The notes below the pieces were generated by a model, which had not been told where the DNA came from, made no database searches, and saw only the letters and a program-made list of their open reading frames with translations. This document shows positions 10,404-22,066 of a DNA stretch of 64,000 nucleotides, piece after piece (the first letter of the stretch is position 1; every line of letters starts with the position of its first letter). The stretch comes from an uncultured Desulfobacterales bacterium (GTDB taxonomy: Bacteria > Desulfobacterota > Desulfobaccia > Desulfobaccales > 0-14-0-80-60-11), in assembly GCA_964480485.1 (NCBI GenBank), contig CAYZOP010000002.1:370366-434365 (forward strand), given 5' to 3'. A program made the position numbers and the translations under genes.

Positions 10404-12278
10404 TCAGCCACCCCCCCAGCGCTTCAGGTGGACCATGAGGATGGCCAAGGCGGCGGGGGTTACGCCGCTGATGCGGGAAGCCTGACCCAGAGTCAGGGGC
10501 CTGACTTCCGCCAACTTCTGGCGCACTTCGTTGGAGAGGCCCGGCACCTCGGCATAATCAAAGTGCTCCGGAATCCGTTTGGCTTCCCAGGCGGCCAGCC
10601 TGGCGGCGGTCTCGGCCTGACGTTTGAGATACCCCTCGTATTTGTATTTGATTTCCACCTGTTCCACCACCGCCTCGGGCACCGGCGGGGTTTCCCCCAT
10701 GAGGCCATAGAGCGTGGCCAGATCCAACTCCGGGCGCTTCAGGAGCTTCAGCACCGGCGTGGGCTCGGTCAACGGCGCAGTCTTCCTGTCGGCCAACGCC
10801 CGGTTCACCTCGGGGAGGGGATAAATCCGCCGGCCGGCCAAGCGCGCTTCCTCCTCCGCCATGAGCCGCTCTTTGGCCTCCAGGCGCTCCAGGGCCTCCC
10901 GGTCCACCAACCCCAACTCCACCCCCCAGCGGGTGAGGCGGGCATCGGCATTGTCCTCCCGGAGGAGGAGGCGATACTCCGCCCGAGAGGTGAACATGCG
11001 GTAGGGTTCCCTGGTTCCCTTGGTCACCAGGTCGTCCACCAGGACCGCCATATAGGCTTGGGAGCGGTGGGGCAGAAAGGGCGGCCGGCCCATGATCTGA
11101 CAGGCGGCGTTGATGCCGGCCCACAGTCCCTGGGCCGCGGCCTCCTCGTAGCCGGAGGTGCCGTTGATCTGGCCTGCCAGAAAAAGGCCCCGGATACCCT
11201 TGGTCTCCAGGGTGGGCCTAAGCTGCAAGGGATCCACGTAGTCGTACTCGATGGCGTAGGCCGGGCGCATGACCTCGCACTCCTCCAACCCCGGCACCAG
11301 GCGGAAAAGCTGCCACTGCAGTTCCGCCGGCAGGCAGTTCCCCAAACCCTTGGCATAGATTTCCTGGGTGTCCCGGCCCTCGGGTTCCAGGGTCACCTGG
11401 TGGCTGGTCTTCTCCGGAAAGCGCATCACCTTGTCTTCCAGGGAGGGGCAGTAGCGGGCGCTCACGCCGGTGATGACGCCGCTGTACAGCGGCGAGTGCC
11501 GGATATTTTCCCGCAGCAGCCGGTGCACCGCCTCGGTGGTGTGGGTGACGTGGCAGGTAAGCTGCTGGGAGGGGAGCCGGGTGGTGCGCCAGGAAAAGGG
11601 CCGGGGGCGGGAGTCGCCGCTCAGGGTGCCCATGCCGGCAAAATCAATGCTGGCGGCCCGCAGCCGCGGCGGGGTGCCGGTTTTCAGCCGGCCCAGGCGG
11701 AAGCCCAGCTCCCTGAGATGCCGGGCCAAATCAATGGCGGCGAACTCCCCGGCCCGCCCCGCCTGGATCTGGGTGGGGCCGATATGAATGAGGCCGTTTA
11801 AGAACGTGCCGGTGGTGATCAGCACCGCCTTGGCCCGATAGCTGAGGCCGCAGGTGTCCACCGCCCCCGCCACCCGGCCGTCCTCCACCAGCAGGCGGGC
11901 CACGGTGGCCTCCCGGATATGCAGGCGGGGCTGGGCTTCCAGCAGGGCTTTCATGGCCAGCCGGTAGGCCTGCTTGTCGCACTGCACCCGGGTGCCCCGC
12001 ACCGCCGGACCTTTGGAAAGGTTGAGGGTGCGAAACTGCACCCCGGTATGGTCCGCCAGCCAGCCCATAACCCCCCCCAGGGCGTCGATCTCCTTCACCA
12101 GGTGGCCTTTGGCCAGCCCCCCCACCGCCGGGTTGCAGGCCATGTGGGCCATGGTGTCCAGATTCAGGTTGAACAGGAGCACGCTCAGACCCAGGCGCAC
12201 TGCGGCCAGGGCCCCCTCGCAGCCGGCGTGTCCGGCCCCCACCACAATCAGGTCATACTCCCGGGAAGGAAAGGCCAT
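10404..12278 (-). CDS. mnmG: tRNA uridine-5-carboxymethylaminomethyl modification enzyme MnmG (GidA)
   Basis: [34 protein letters not shown]-type motif ([11 protein letters not shown]), 624 aa. Confidence 0.97.
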   Translation of the reverse strand: MAFPSREYDLIVVGAGHAGCEGALAAVRLGLSVLLFNLNLDTMAHMACNPAVGGLAKGHLVKEIDALGGVMGWLADHTGVQFRTLNLSKGPAVRGTRVQCDKQAYRLAMKALLEAQPRLHIREATVARLLVEDGRVAGAVDTCGLSYRAKAVLITTGTFLNGLIHIGPTQIQAGRAGEFAAIDLARHLRELGFRLGRLKTGTPPRLRAASIDFAGMGTLSGDSRPRPFSWRTTRLPSQQLTCHVTHTTEAVHRLLRENIRHSPLYSGVITGVSARYCPSLEDKVMRFPEKTSHQVTLEPEGRDTQEIYAKGLGNCLPAELQWQLFRLVPGLEECEVMRPAYAIEYDYVDPLQLRPTLETKGIRGLFLAGQINGTSGYEEAAAQGLWAGINAACQIMGRPPFLPHRSQAYMAVLVDDLVTKGTREPYRMFTSRAEYRLLLREDNADARLTRWGVELGLVDREALERLEAKERLMAEEEARLAGRRIYPLPEVNRALADRKTAPLTEPTPVLKLLKRPELDLATLYGLMGETPPVPEAVVEQVEIKYKYEGYLKRQAETAARLAAWEAKRIPEHFDYAEVPGLSNEVRQKLAEVRPLTLGQASRISGVTPAALAILMVHLKRWGGG

Positions 12279-12363
12279 GGGTCAGGAATTCAGAAGTTGA
12301 ATTTTCGGGGAAATTCGTTTAAGGTTGAGCATTCAGGAACTTTACTTGCCGTGGAGGGATGAC

Positions 12364-12561
12364 ATGGTCCATCGCACCTTCAAAACCTTGGAACCCAAAG
12401 GAGAGATCGCCGTCGCCCAGAAACCTGAGGGCGTCCTTAAGGTTATGCTTTATACCGGCTCGGTGACGCATCTTGAGTTTACCATGGAGAGCAAAGCTGC
12501 CTTCGAGTTCGCCATGGAAATTCTGCAGCACGCCTACCGTTTGGGTGAAACCGGCAAATAA
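12364..12561 (+). CDS. Small hypothetical protein (65 aa)
   Basis: GGAGGG lies 5 nt upstream of ATG 12364 (the ORF track starts at TTG 12325). MVHRTFKTLEPKGEIAVAQKPEGVLKVMLYTGSVTHLEFTMESKAAFEFAMEILQHAYRLGETGK. No family recognised. Confidence 0.45.
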   Translation: MVHRTFKTLEPKGEIAVAQKPEGVLKVMLYTGSVTHLEFTMESKAAFEFAMEILQHAYRLGETGK

Positions 12562-12614
12562 TCGTTTCGGGGAGAGGGCGCCATCCTGCCTCAGACCTTC
12601 TCCCCGGCTTTGCC

Positions 12615-13001
12615 CTACCGTTCGCTCTCCACTTCCCTGACCAGGTCCAAGAATTCCGGAGATTCGCCGTAGTCCTTCAGGGCCTGCTGGTAGGCCAGCC
12701 AGGTCTGCCAGGTCTGCCGCCACTGCCGATTGTGCCAATAATGGCGGGGCTCCGTCCCTGCTTGTTCCAAACGCTGAAATTCCTCGTACTCTTCCTGACA
12801 GCTTTCACAGAAGCGGAATTCCCGATAGCGCTTGTACATCTGCTGGGTCTCGAAGTGGAGGCCGCACTTGACACAGCGGGACAGGCAGCGGGTGCACTGC
12901 AGAATTTTGCGCACCACCTCCAGCTTCTTGGCCTTGTCCACCTTGAGCTTTTTTTTCTGTTCCAGTCTGAGGCGCTCTTCAATATCTATGATTTTCGGCA
13001 T
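12615..13001 (-). CDS. Hypothetical Cys-rich (3 x CxxC) protein with a basic coiled N-terminus
   Basis: MPKIIDIEERLRLEQKKKLKVDKAKK.., then CTRC..CVKC..CESC, and a Trp/Gln-rich C-terminus (HYWHNRQWRQTWQTWLAYQQ). Plausible zinc ribbon. No family recognised. Confidence 0.55.
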   Translation of the reverse strand: MPKIIDIEERLRLEQKKKLKVDKAKKLEVVRKILQCTRCLSRCVKCGLHFETQQMYKRYREFRFCESCQEEYEEFQRLEQAGTEPRHYWHNRQWRQTWQTWLAYQQALKDYGESPEFLDLVREVESER

Positions 13002-13196
13002 AGGCAATCCTGCCACCTCGGCGATGCTGGTGGTGAAAGGGGTCTCAGAGGCACTTCACCTGCCCACCCCGGTTTCCTCTCCCCTGGCAGGGGCAGGGAG
13101 GGAAGTCTCAGGGAAGGCCCCCAGGAACCAGCCTCCCCCATTGTCCTGTAATTTAAAGTAACCTGTGCCGACGGGCGGGTCAATAGGGCCCGGGCT

Positions 13197-14504
13197 TCAG
13201 TCGGCCCCGGCCTGGGACTCCGGTGCGGCCTCCTCCGGGTCGGGGTCCAGGTTGAACAGACGACGCACCAGGTTTACTTCCACGGCCGCCCGGCGGCTGT
13301 GATGATTGCGTTTCAGGAAGATGATGGGATCGTGCAGGAGTTTGTTGGCCACCGAGCGGGTGAGCACCTCCAGGGCCTGGATCTGCTCCGGGGTCAGGGG
13401 ACCGAGGTGGGCCAGCGTCTTTTTCACCTCCTGCTGGCAGATGGCCTGGGCCTTCTCCTGGAGGGCGGCGATGGTGGGGAAGACCCCCAGGGTCTTGAGC
13501 CATTCCATGAATTTCAGGGCTTCCGCGGCTACCAGACGCTCGGCCTGCACTGCGGCCTCCTGGCGCCGGGCCACATTGGTCTCCACCACTTCCCGGAGAT
13601 CGTCGATGTTGTAAAGATAGACGTTGTCCAGGTCGTTGATGCGGGGATCCAGGTCCCGGGGCACCGCGATGTCGATGAGAAACAGGGGGCGCTGCTTGCG
13701 GCGGCGCATGGCGATCTTCACCTGCTCCTGGGTGAGGATGATTTGGTCGGCGCCCGTGGAGCTGATGATGATATCGCAATGCAGAAGCTGCTCCGGCACC
13801 TCCTCCAGGGAGACGGCCCGGCCCCCGAACCGTTCAGCCAGGCGCACGGCCCGACTGAGGGTGCGATTGGCAATGATGATGGCGGCCACCCCCTGGCCCC
13901 GCAGGTGCTCCAGGGCCAGCTCCCCCATTTCCCCGGCCCCGATGAGCAGGGCGGACTTGCCGGTCAGCTCTCCGAAGATCTTTTTCCCCAGGCTCACCGC
14001 GGCATAGCTGACGCTCACGGCATGGTCGCCCAGACCCGTTTCGGTGCGCACCTTCTTGGCCACCGAAAAGGTTTTGTGAAACAAGCGGTTGAGGATGGCG
14101 CCGGTGGCCTCGCACTCGGTCCCCTGGCGATAGGCCGCCTTGACCTGTCCCAGGATCTGGGGTTCGCCCACCACCATGGCGTCCAGGCTGGCGGCCACCC
14201 GAAACAGGTGACGCACCGCCCCTTCATCCTGGAAAACATACAGGCATCGGTCCAGTTCGCCGGCCTCCACCTGGGGATGGGCGGCAAAAAAATCCCGCAG
14301 CTGCTGGATGCCGGCTTCGACGGCCTGAGCCACGGCCAGCACCTCCACCCGGTTGCAGGTGTTGTAGTAGACGACCTCGGTGAGGGCGGGCAGGGCTTTG
14401 AGGCGCGCATAGGCCGCGTCGGCCGCCGGGAACAGGCTGCACAGCTTCTCCCGCAGCTCCACTGGTGCGGTTTTGTGATTGAGCCCCACCAACACCAGGT
14501 TCAT
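13197..14504 (-). CDS. hemA: Glutamyl-tRNA reductase
   Basis: MNLVLVGLNHKTAPVELREK, CNRVEV, LLIGAGEMGELA NADPH site. The start ATG overlaps the upstream gene's stop (ATGA). Confidence 0.95.
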   Translation of the reverse strand: MNLVLVGLNHKTAPVELREKLCSLFPAADAAYARLKALPALTEVVYYNTCNRVEVLAVAQAVEAGIQQLRDFFAAHPQVEAGELDRCLYVFQDEGAVRHLFRVAASLDAMVVGEPQILGQVKAAYRQGTECEATGAILNRLFHKTFSVAKKVRTETGLGDHAVSVSYAAVSLGKKIFGELTGKSALLIGAGEMGELALEHLRGQGVAAIIIANRTLSRAVRLAERFGGRAVSLEEVPEQLLHCDIIISSTGADQIILTQEQVKIAMRRRKQRPLFLIDIAVPRDLDPRINDLDNVYLYNIDDLREVVETNVARRQEAAVQAERLVAAEALKFMEWLKTLGVFPTIAALQEKAQAICQQEVKKTLAHLGPLTPEQIQALEVLTRSVANKLLHDPIIFLKRNHHSRRAAVEVNLVRRLFNLDPDPEEAAPESQAGAD

Positions 14505-15331
14505 GGCTTCACGAAACTCCCGAAGCTGTGGTAACCGGAAAACCACAGGTTGGCCCCCAAAAAGGCCGCGACCAGCACCCCCAGGCCGCCGATGGCCATG
14601 AGGGCCGCCCGCCGCCCCCGCCAGCCCGCGGCCAGCCGCTCATGCAGCAACACGGCATAGATTATCCAGGCGACGAGGGTGAGCACCTCCTTGGGATCCC
14701 AGCCGAAGAAGCGCCCCAGGGCGAGCTGGGCGTACAGCGAGCCGGTGATGATGCCCAGGGTGAGCAAGGGGAAACCCAGGGTCAGGCACCAGTAATTCAG
14801 GGCGTCCAGCTGGGTCAGGGAAGGAAGTCGCCGGTAGAAAAAGCCGAACTTTTTATGCTTCAGTTGCCGTTCCTGCACCAGATAGAGGATGCCCCCCAGT
14901 CCGGCCAGGGTCAGAGCGGCGTTTCCCAGCAAGGCCAGGAAGACGTGCAGATGGAGCCAAAAACCCTGGAGCAGAGGGGAGACCTGGGCCTGGCGGGCCG
15001 GCAGGAGGAGAACCGCGGAGGCCATCAGGGCCAACAGCGGCGCCGCCAGGGCGCCCAGGACTTTAATGGGGAAGCGCCAGGTCAGCAGGAGAAAGGCGCC
15101 GGCCAGGGTCCAGCTGAAAATCAGCAGCGCCTCCCCGAGACTGGCCATGGGCAGGTGCCCGGATATCAGGGTCTGCCGCAGGATCTCCCCGGTCTGGGCC
15201 GCCCATCCCGCCGCCAGGCACCAGACCCCCAGGCGGCAAAACACCTCCCGCTGGGCGATGACATAAGCCAGACACATGCCGGTGGCGCCGAAATAGGCCA
15301 ACAGGGTGACGCTGAGCAGAACATAGGCCAT
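14501..15331 (-). CDS. Cytochrome c assembly family membrane protein (CcsA/HemX-like)
   Basis: Polytopic membrane protein with a W-rich motif (FFGWDPKEVLTLVAW). Classic position between the sirC-like gene and hemA. AGAGGA lies 7 nt upstream of ATG 15331. Confidence 0.8.
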   Translation of the reverse strand: MAYVLLSVTLLAYFGATGMCLAYVIAQREVFCRLGVWCLAAGWAAQTGEILRQTLISGHLPMASLGEALLIFSWTLAGAFLLLTWRFPIKVLGALAAPLLALMASAVLLLPARQAQVSPLLQGFWLHLHVFLALLGNAALTLAGLGGILYLVQERQLKHKKFGFFYRRLPSLTQLDALNYWCLTLGFPLLTLGIITGSLYAQLALGRFFGWDPKEVLTLVAWIIYAVLLHERLAAGWRGRRAALMAIGGLGVLVAAFLGANLWFSGYHSFGSFVKP

Positions 15332-15392
15332 GAGATATCCTCTGAGGGGAGGGGAGGCGCGACCCCGCCCCGCCCGCAAAGCTCCTCTCCCG

Positions 15393-16079
15393 TCACCGGG
15401 TCTCAGCCAGGGTGCGGGCAGCCAGCTCCCGCAGCTCCTCCCGGGAGAGCCAGGGTCCCACCACCCCGGTCAGGATGTCAGTGGCCGCCTCCAGATCGCC
15501 CCGGGCCACCGCCTCCTTGAGGGGGCTGTCCACCAACTTGAGAAACAGGGAGGTATTATCCGGATGCCCTCTTCTGACCGCCAACAGACCCTCCCTGACG
15601 GCCCGAAGCAGATCCAGGTAGGGCCCATATTCCGGTCCCACGGCGTGCTCCAGCGTTTCCCTCAGGCGCCGGGCCAGCGCCGGGCTGGCCCCGCCGGTGC
15701 TGATGGCGATGGTGAGCTCCCCCCGCTTCACCTGGGCCGGAACGATGAAGGTGCAGAGCTCCGGGGCGTCCACGATGTTCACCCAGATATTGGCGGCTTG
15801 AGCCGCCCGGCTGACCGCCACGTTGACCGCCGGGTCGTCGGTGGCCCCCACCACCAAGGCCATGCCGGTCACCTGCTCCGGTGTGAAGTCGCCGCAAATG
15901 GCGGTAATCTCGCCCCGGGCCGCCATCTCCTTGAGTTTGGGGGTAAATTCCCGGCTTACCACCGTCACCCGGCCCCCGGCCGCCGTCAGGTCCTGGACCT
16001 TGCGCTCTCCCACGGCGCCGCCGCCCACCACGAGGACGGGCTTTCCGGTAATGATGGCGAACAAAGGATAGGTCTGCAT
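15393..16079 (-). CDS. Precorrin-2 dehydrogenase / sirohydrochlorin ferrochelatase (siroheme synthase N-domain-like)
   Basis: PLFAIITGKPVLVVGGGAVGERKVQDL Rossmann motif, 228 aa, heads the hemA operon. Confidence 0.85.
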   Translation of the reverse strand: MQTYPLFAIITGKPVLVVGGGAVGERKVQDLTAAGGRVTVVSREFTPKLKEMAARGEITAICGDFTPEQVTGMALVVGATDDPAVNVAVSRAAQAANIWVNIVDAPELCTFIVPAQVKRGELTIAISTGGASPALARRLRETLEHAVGPEYGPYLDLLRAVREGLLAVRRGHPDNTSLFLKLVDSPLKEAVARGDLEAATDILTGVVGPWLSREELRELAARTLAETR

Positions 16080-16392
16080 TGGCGGTGACCGCTCCGGGAG
16101 GCTGCGCCCGCCGGATGATCAGAGAACCTGGCGGCTCCCGCTCCCGGTCGTTGCACCTGTGCCCGGAATGGTATGAATGTAACCCTAACTCCCTGATGAT
16201 GCAAGCAACTTGCCGGGAGTGGGGACCCGCCTGAGGCCGGAGGCCATTGACAGCAGCCACAAATCTGGTTAAATGAGGGGAATTTTAACCGAATACCGGG
16301 CGGACGCGCCTGCCATGCCAGGCCTGGCCTTTTGGATCCTCATCCTCATCTTCGGCGTTATTCCCGGTTCGGTTCGGGGAGGAACCGCAACC

Positions 16393-16974
16393 ATGCCGCT
16401 CTCTCTGGCTGATCAAAGCCTGCTCATTCAAATTGCCCGGGAGAGCATCGCCGCCTGCCTCCGGCGGCAGGGCGCCGACCTTCCCCCGGACCTGCCGCCG
16501 CTTTTCCAGGAGCGCCGGGGCGTCTTTGTGACCCTCTACCGCCACGGGAGGTTGCGGGGCTGCATCGGCTGTCTGGAGGCTCACAAGCCCCTGGCCCAGG
16601 CCGTGCAGGAAATGGCCCGGGCCGCAGCCTTCCAGGACCCCCGCTTCCCACCGGTAACAGTCGAGGAATTGCCCGAACTGGACCTGGAAATCTCCATCCT
16701 TACCCCCCTGGTCAAAATCGCGCGGGTGGAGGAGATCCAGGTGGGCAAGCACGGCCTCTATCTCGAACGGGGGAGCGCCCGGGGGTTGCTGCTGCCGCAG
16801 GTGGCTACGGAATGCCGCTGGGACCGCACCACCTTTCTGGAGCAGACCTGCAGCAAAGCCGGGTTGCCGCCCGGGGCCTGGCAGGAGCCGGGCACCAAAA
16901 TTTACGTCTTTTCTGCCGAGATCATCAAACAGCCGCACGCCGTCAGACCAACTGAGGAGTCCCCAGCCCCATGA
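16393..16974 (+). CDS. AMMECR1 domain protein
   Basis: RGVFVTLYRHGRLRGCIGCLE and ..PRFPPV..EL..L.IEISILTP motifs. GGAGGA lies 9 nt upstream of ATG 16393. The ORF opens at 16273, and a TM-like extension cannot be excluded. Confidence 0.85.
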   Translation: MPLSLADQSLLIQIARESIAACLRRQGADLPPDLPPLFQERRGVFVTLYRHGRLRGCIGCLEAHKPLAQAVQEMARAAAFQDPRFPPVTVEELPELDLEISILTPLVKIARVEEIQVGKHGLYLERGSARGLLLPQVATECRWDRTTFLEQTCSKAGLPPGAWQEPGTKIYVFSAEIIKQPHAVRPTEESPAP

Positions 16975-18056
16975 TCCCCGATATGCCTGCGCCGCTGCCG
17001 CCGGAACCCCCTCGCGCTCCCTGGCTGATCACCCTGCTGAAACAGCGCTTTCTGGTCATCGCCCTGCTGATCGTGGTTTTTTTGGGCTTCCTGTTTCTCC
17101 ACGGGCGCTGGCGGGGAGGGGTCGCCCCCGCGCCCCAGCCTGGGGAAATCTCCCAGGCCCCTCCCGAGACTGCGCCGCCGCCACCGCCACCAGCCGCCAA
17201 GGCCCCCGAGGAACTCAAACCCCCGGAACCCGCACCCGAGGCCCGGCCGCTTCTGCCGCCACCCCCCGTGCCTGCGGCCCCCAAAGTGACGGCCAAGGGG
17301 GTGACCTTTACTCTGGCCCTTGTCAAGATCATCGACGATGAAGTCAATCAGCGCTTCTTCGGCTGGCGGCCCAACACCATCGTCTTCGGCAAAATGGGCC
17401 TCACCGATAACGTCAACCACCACCAGTTGGGCGTCCTGGAAGTAGCCCGGCGCACCATCGTGATCCTAAACGAAAACCTGACCCGTTTTGCCATCACCGA
17501 GGCATACAACCACCAGGTCAACGAAGCCATGAACTTTCTCATGGTGAGCCCGGACAAATACTGGTTCCCCTCCGCCTCCGGTAAATACCGGGAGGCCATC
17601 CAGGATCTGCATATCTACGCGGAAGACCTGAAAAAAGGACGCAGCCGCTTCTATGCCCGGGTGGACAACCTCATCGCCTTGCTGGGGGCCTACAAGGACG
17701 TGCTGGGCAGTTGTTACCACAACCTCATCAAGGATGTTGAGGCGGACGGCAGCCCGGTGCCCTGGACCAGGGCGGACGACTATTTCTATTTTTCCCAAGG
17801 GGCCGCCCAGGGGATGGCCGTTATGCTGGAGGCGGTGAAGGAGGATTTTACCCAGGAGTTGCAGAAAAAGAACACCCACAAGCTCATGGACGACACCATC
17901 CACGCCCTGCACGAGGCCACCCATCTGTCGCCCTGGCTCATCACCGACGGTGCCAAGGACGGCATCCTGGCCAACCACCGGGCCAATATGTCCAGCTATA
18001 TCGGCGAGGCCGAACACCTGGTGGCCACCATGCAAAGCGTCTTGGCCACCAATTGA
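16971..18056 (+). CDS. Membrane-anchored hypothetical protein (N-terminal TM, Pro-rich linker, ~250-aa conserved-looking domain)
   Basis: Start overlaps the AMMECR1 stop (ATGA). TM FLVIALLIVVFLGFLFL, then PPPPPPAAKAPEELKPPEPAPEARPLLPPPPVPAAP. The globular C-terminal domain vaguely recalls DUF2333, but I cannot verify that. Confidence 0.7.
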   Translation: MIPDMPAPLPPEPPRAPWLITLLKQRFLVIALLIVVFLGFLFLHGRWRGGVAPAPQPGEISQAPPETAPPPPPPAAKAPEELKPPEPAPEARPLLPPPPVPAAPKVTAKGVTFTLALVKIIDDEVNQRFFGWRPNTIVFGKMGLTDNVNHHQLGVLEVARRTIVILNENLTRFAITEAYNHQVNEAMNFLMVSPDKYWFPSASGKYREAIQDLHIYAEDLKKGRSRFYARVDNLIALLGAYKDVLGSCYHNLIKDVEADGSPVPWTRADDYFYFSQGAAQGMAVMLEAVKEDFTQELQKKNTHKLMDDTIHALHEATHLSPWLITDGAKDGILANHRANMSSYIGEAEHLVATMQSVLATN

Positions 18057-18076
18057 GAGGAGCCGTCGAGGCGGGG

Positions 18077-18102
18077 GAGGGGGAGCCAGATTCCCCCTCT
18101 TT
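18077..18102 (+). terminator. Intrinsic-terminator-like hairpin 1
   Basis: GAGGGGGA (18077-18084), 7-nt loop, TCCCCCTC (18092-18099), then TTT. Confidence 0.5.
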
Positions 18103-18122
18103 CGCCTGCAAGCCGTTTCCCG

Positions 18123-18159
18123 GGCGGGAATTTCCTGGAAATTTCCGCCTTTTTGTTTT
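18123..18159 (+). terminator. Strong intrinsic terminator (hairpin 2)
   Basis: GGCGGGAATTTCC (18123-18135) pairs with GGAAATTTCCGCC (18137-18149) with one G-U pair, followed by TTTTTGTTTT (18150-18159). Confidence 0.7.
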
Positions 18160-18194
18160 AGGCTGGCGGCAAGTTATCCCAGCGGAGGGCCATC

Positions 18195-18797
18195 ATGCGG
18201 GTGGGGCAGATCATGCACAAAGACCCGGTCACCATTTCTCCGGAAAAACGGGTGGGCCAGGCGCTGAAGCTCATGCAGGAGCTCAACATCCGGCACCTGC
18301 CGGTGATGAAGGGCGGTCACATGGTGGGGTGGATCACCTCCCGGCTCCTGCGGGAAGTGCTCCTGGCCTCCATGCTGGAGGTGATCACGGTGGAGGATGT
18401 GATGATCGAGGCGCCCATCACGGTGTCGCCGGACACGGGCGTGGAAGAGGCGGCCCGGCTGATGTATGAGCACAAAATCGGCGGCATGCCAGTGATGGAG
18501 CAGGATAAACTGGTGGGGGTGATCACCACCCCGGACCTCCTGGCGGCCTTTCTCTCCATGCTGGGTCTGCTGAGGAGCAGTTCCCGGCTGGACGTGCTCC
18601 TGGACAAGGACCCCGCCGTCCTGGAAGAGGTCTCCACCCTGGTGGAACAGACCGGCGGCAAGATCATCAATATCGCCATGGGGCCCACCAGGGGCAAGCG
18701 CCGCCGCCACGTCTTCCGCCTGCAGAAGTGCGACCTCAAACCCATCGTGGAGGCGCTGAAACAGGCGGGCCATCAAGTCCTGGACGTCATCCCCTGA
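18195..18797 (+). CDS. CBS-pair plus ACT-like domain protein (AcuB-like)
   Basis: Two CBS motifs (IMHKDPVTISPE..HLPVM.. and VMIEAPITVSPD..GGMPVMEQDKLVGVITTPDLL), then a C-terminal ACT-like segment. GGAGGG lies 5 nt upstream. Confidence 0.85.
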   Translation: MRVGQIMHKDPVTISPEKRVGQALKLMQELNIRHLPVMKGGHMVGWITSRLLREVLLASMLEVITVEDVMIEAPITVSPDTGVEEAARLMYEHKIGGMPVMEQDKLVGVITTPDLLAAFLSMLGLLRSSSRLDVLLDKDPAVLEEVSTLVEQTGGKIINIAMGPTRGKRRRHVFRLQKCDLKPIVEALKQAGHQVLDVIP

Positions 18798-18938
18798 AAG
18801 CCGGCGCCCCCGCGGCGGGCCACCGGGCCACCCTGCGTGCCCGCCCTGGCCGCCGCGCTCAGCCGCCGGCCGCCTTCCCCCTCAGGGAACGCCGGGCGCC
18901 GAACCGGCCGGCGCGGGCCTTCCGCCTGGTTCCTGCGG

Positions 18939-20314
18939 CTATAATCGGCAGACCCGGTTCTTGCCCGTCTGTTTGGCCTGGTACATGGCCCGGTCCGCCT
19001 CATTCACCAACGCCGCGCTGTCCTCCCCTTCCCTGAGGCCCGCCACTCCGATGCTCACCGTCACCCGGACCTCCCGCCCCCCCGGGGAAACCATTTGGGC
19101 GGCGATCCCCTCCCGCAGACGTTCGGCCATCACCTGCGCCTGCTCCGCCGGCGTCTGGGGCAACAGCACCACGAACTCCTCCCCTCCGTAGCGGCACAGT
19201 AGATCGGCCTGGCGCACCTCGTGCTGAAGGAAGGCGGCCACTGCCTTGAGCACTTGGTCGCCCACCTGGTGGCCCCAAGTATCATTCACCACCTTAAAAT
19301 CGTCCAGGTCCAGAAAAAGCAGGGACAACGGCCAGCCGTAGCGCCGGCTCTGGCCCACCTGCTGGTTTAGCATCTCCCAAAAATAGCGGTAGTTGTACAG
19401 GCCGGTGAGACCGTCCCGGATGGCCAGACTCTTCACTTCCTCAAAGAGGAGGAGGTTCTTCAGGGCGGCTTCCCCCTGGAGGAGAAAGATGCGAAAGAGT
19501 TCGGCCTCCTCCGGCGTAAAGGGCTGGGGGCGGACGGCCGCGGCCACGCCGTGGACCCGGCCGGCGGCGATCTCTTCCCAGCAGACCTCCTGCCCCGCCA
19601 ACCGGACCGGCAATCCTCCGCCGGCCTGCGGCCCTCGCCGGGACAGGCCGTCCCGAAACCAGGCGGTGAAATTCTGAATGGCCTCGGGGGATTGGCCGGC
19701 TGCCGTATGCTGGATCGCCCCGATGGTCTCCCCATTGGGACCCAAAAGTACCAGCGCCAGAAAGGCCAATGGCAGGCTTTCCCAGATAAGCGCGCCCAAC
19801 CCTTGGGTGAGCTCGCCAATGGTGAGGGGGCGGGCCAGACGTTCGCCGATGAGCCGGATCTGGGCCAACTCCGCCGCCCGCCGCTTGGCCAGTTCGCCCT
19901 GGGCCTGCCGCAACCCGTCCAGGAGTTCCCGGTTGGCCAAGGCCAGGGCCCGGCGCTCCAGGGCCCGCTCCACCACCGCCAACAGCTCCGGCAATTTGAG
20001 CTCGGATTTCACCAGGTAGTCATAGGCTCCCAGGCGCAAGGCGGCCACGGCGCTGTCCAGCCCCCCCAAACCGGTGAAGAGAATGACCTCGGTATCCGGC
20101 GACACGGACTTGAGCCGGGCCATGAGGTCCAGCCCGGGAATGTCCGGCAGGTTCAGGTCCAGGATGGCCAGGGGGAAGCCCCCGTCTCCCAGGCTCTCCA
20201 GGGCCTCCCGGCCGCGGGCCACGGCGGCCACCTCATAACCCTGCTTGCTGAGAAATCGGCTGAGCACCTGGAGGATGGCGGGATCGTCATCCACCACCAG
20301 GATTCGGTCGCCCA

Positions 20315-20315
<1 letters not shown>
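18939..20315 (-). CDS. Response regulator with GGDEF diguanylate cyclase output
   Basis: REC domain (ILVVDDDPAIL..LAILDLNLPDIPG). GGDEF domain with a GGEEF active site and an RQAD I-site five residues upstream. The start overlaps the nadB stop (TAATG). Confidence 0.92.
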
Positions 20316-21934
<1,619 letters not shown>

Positions 21935-22066
21935 ATCCGTGTCCTTTGTGGAAGTTGTCCGGGGGAAAAGCCGGAGGGCCTTGATCCCCCCAACCCCCTG
22001 GAGCGTTGGGAGGAGCCTTCTACGGGTGGGGAGCCCCTGTCCCCGCTCCTCCCCCCGAGAACCTGT

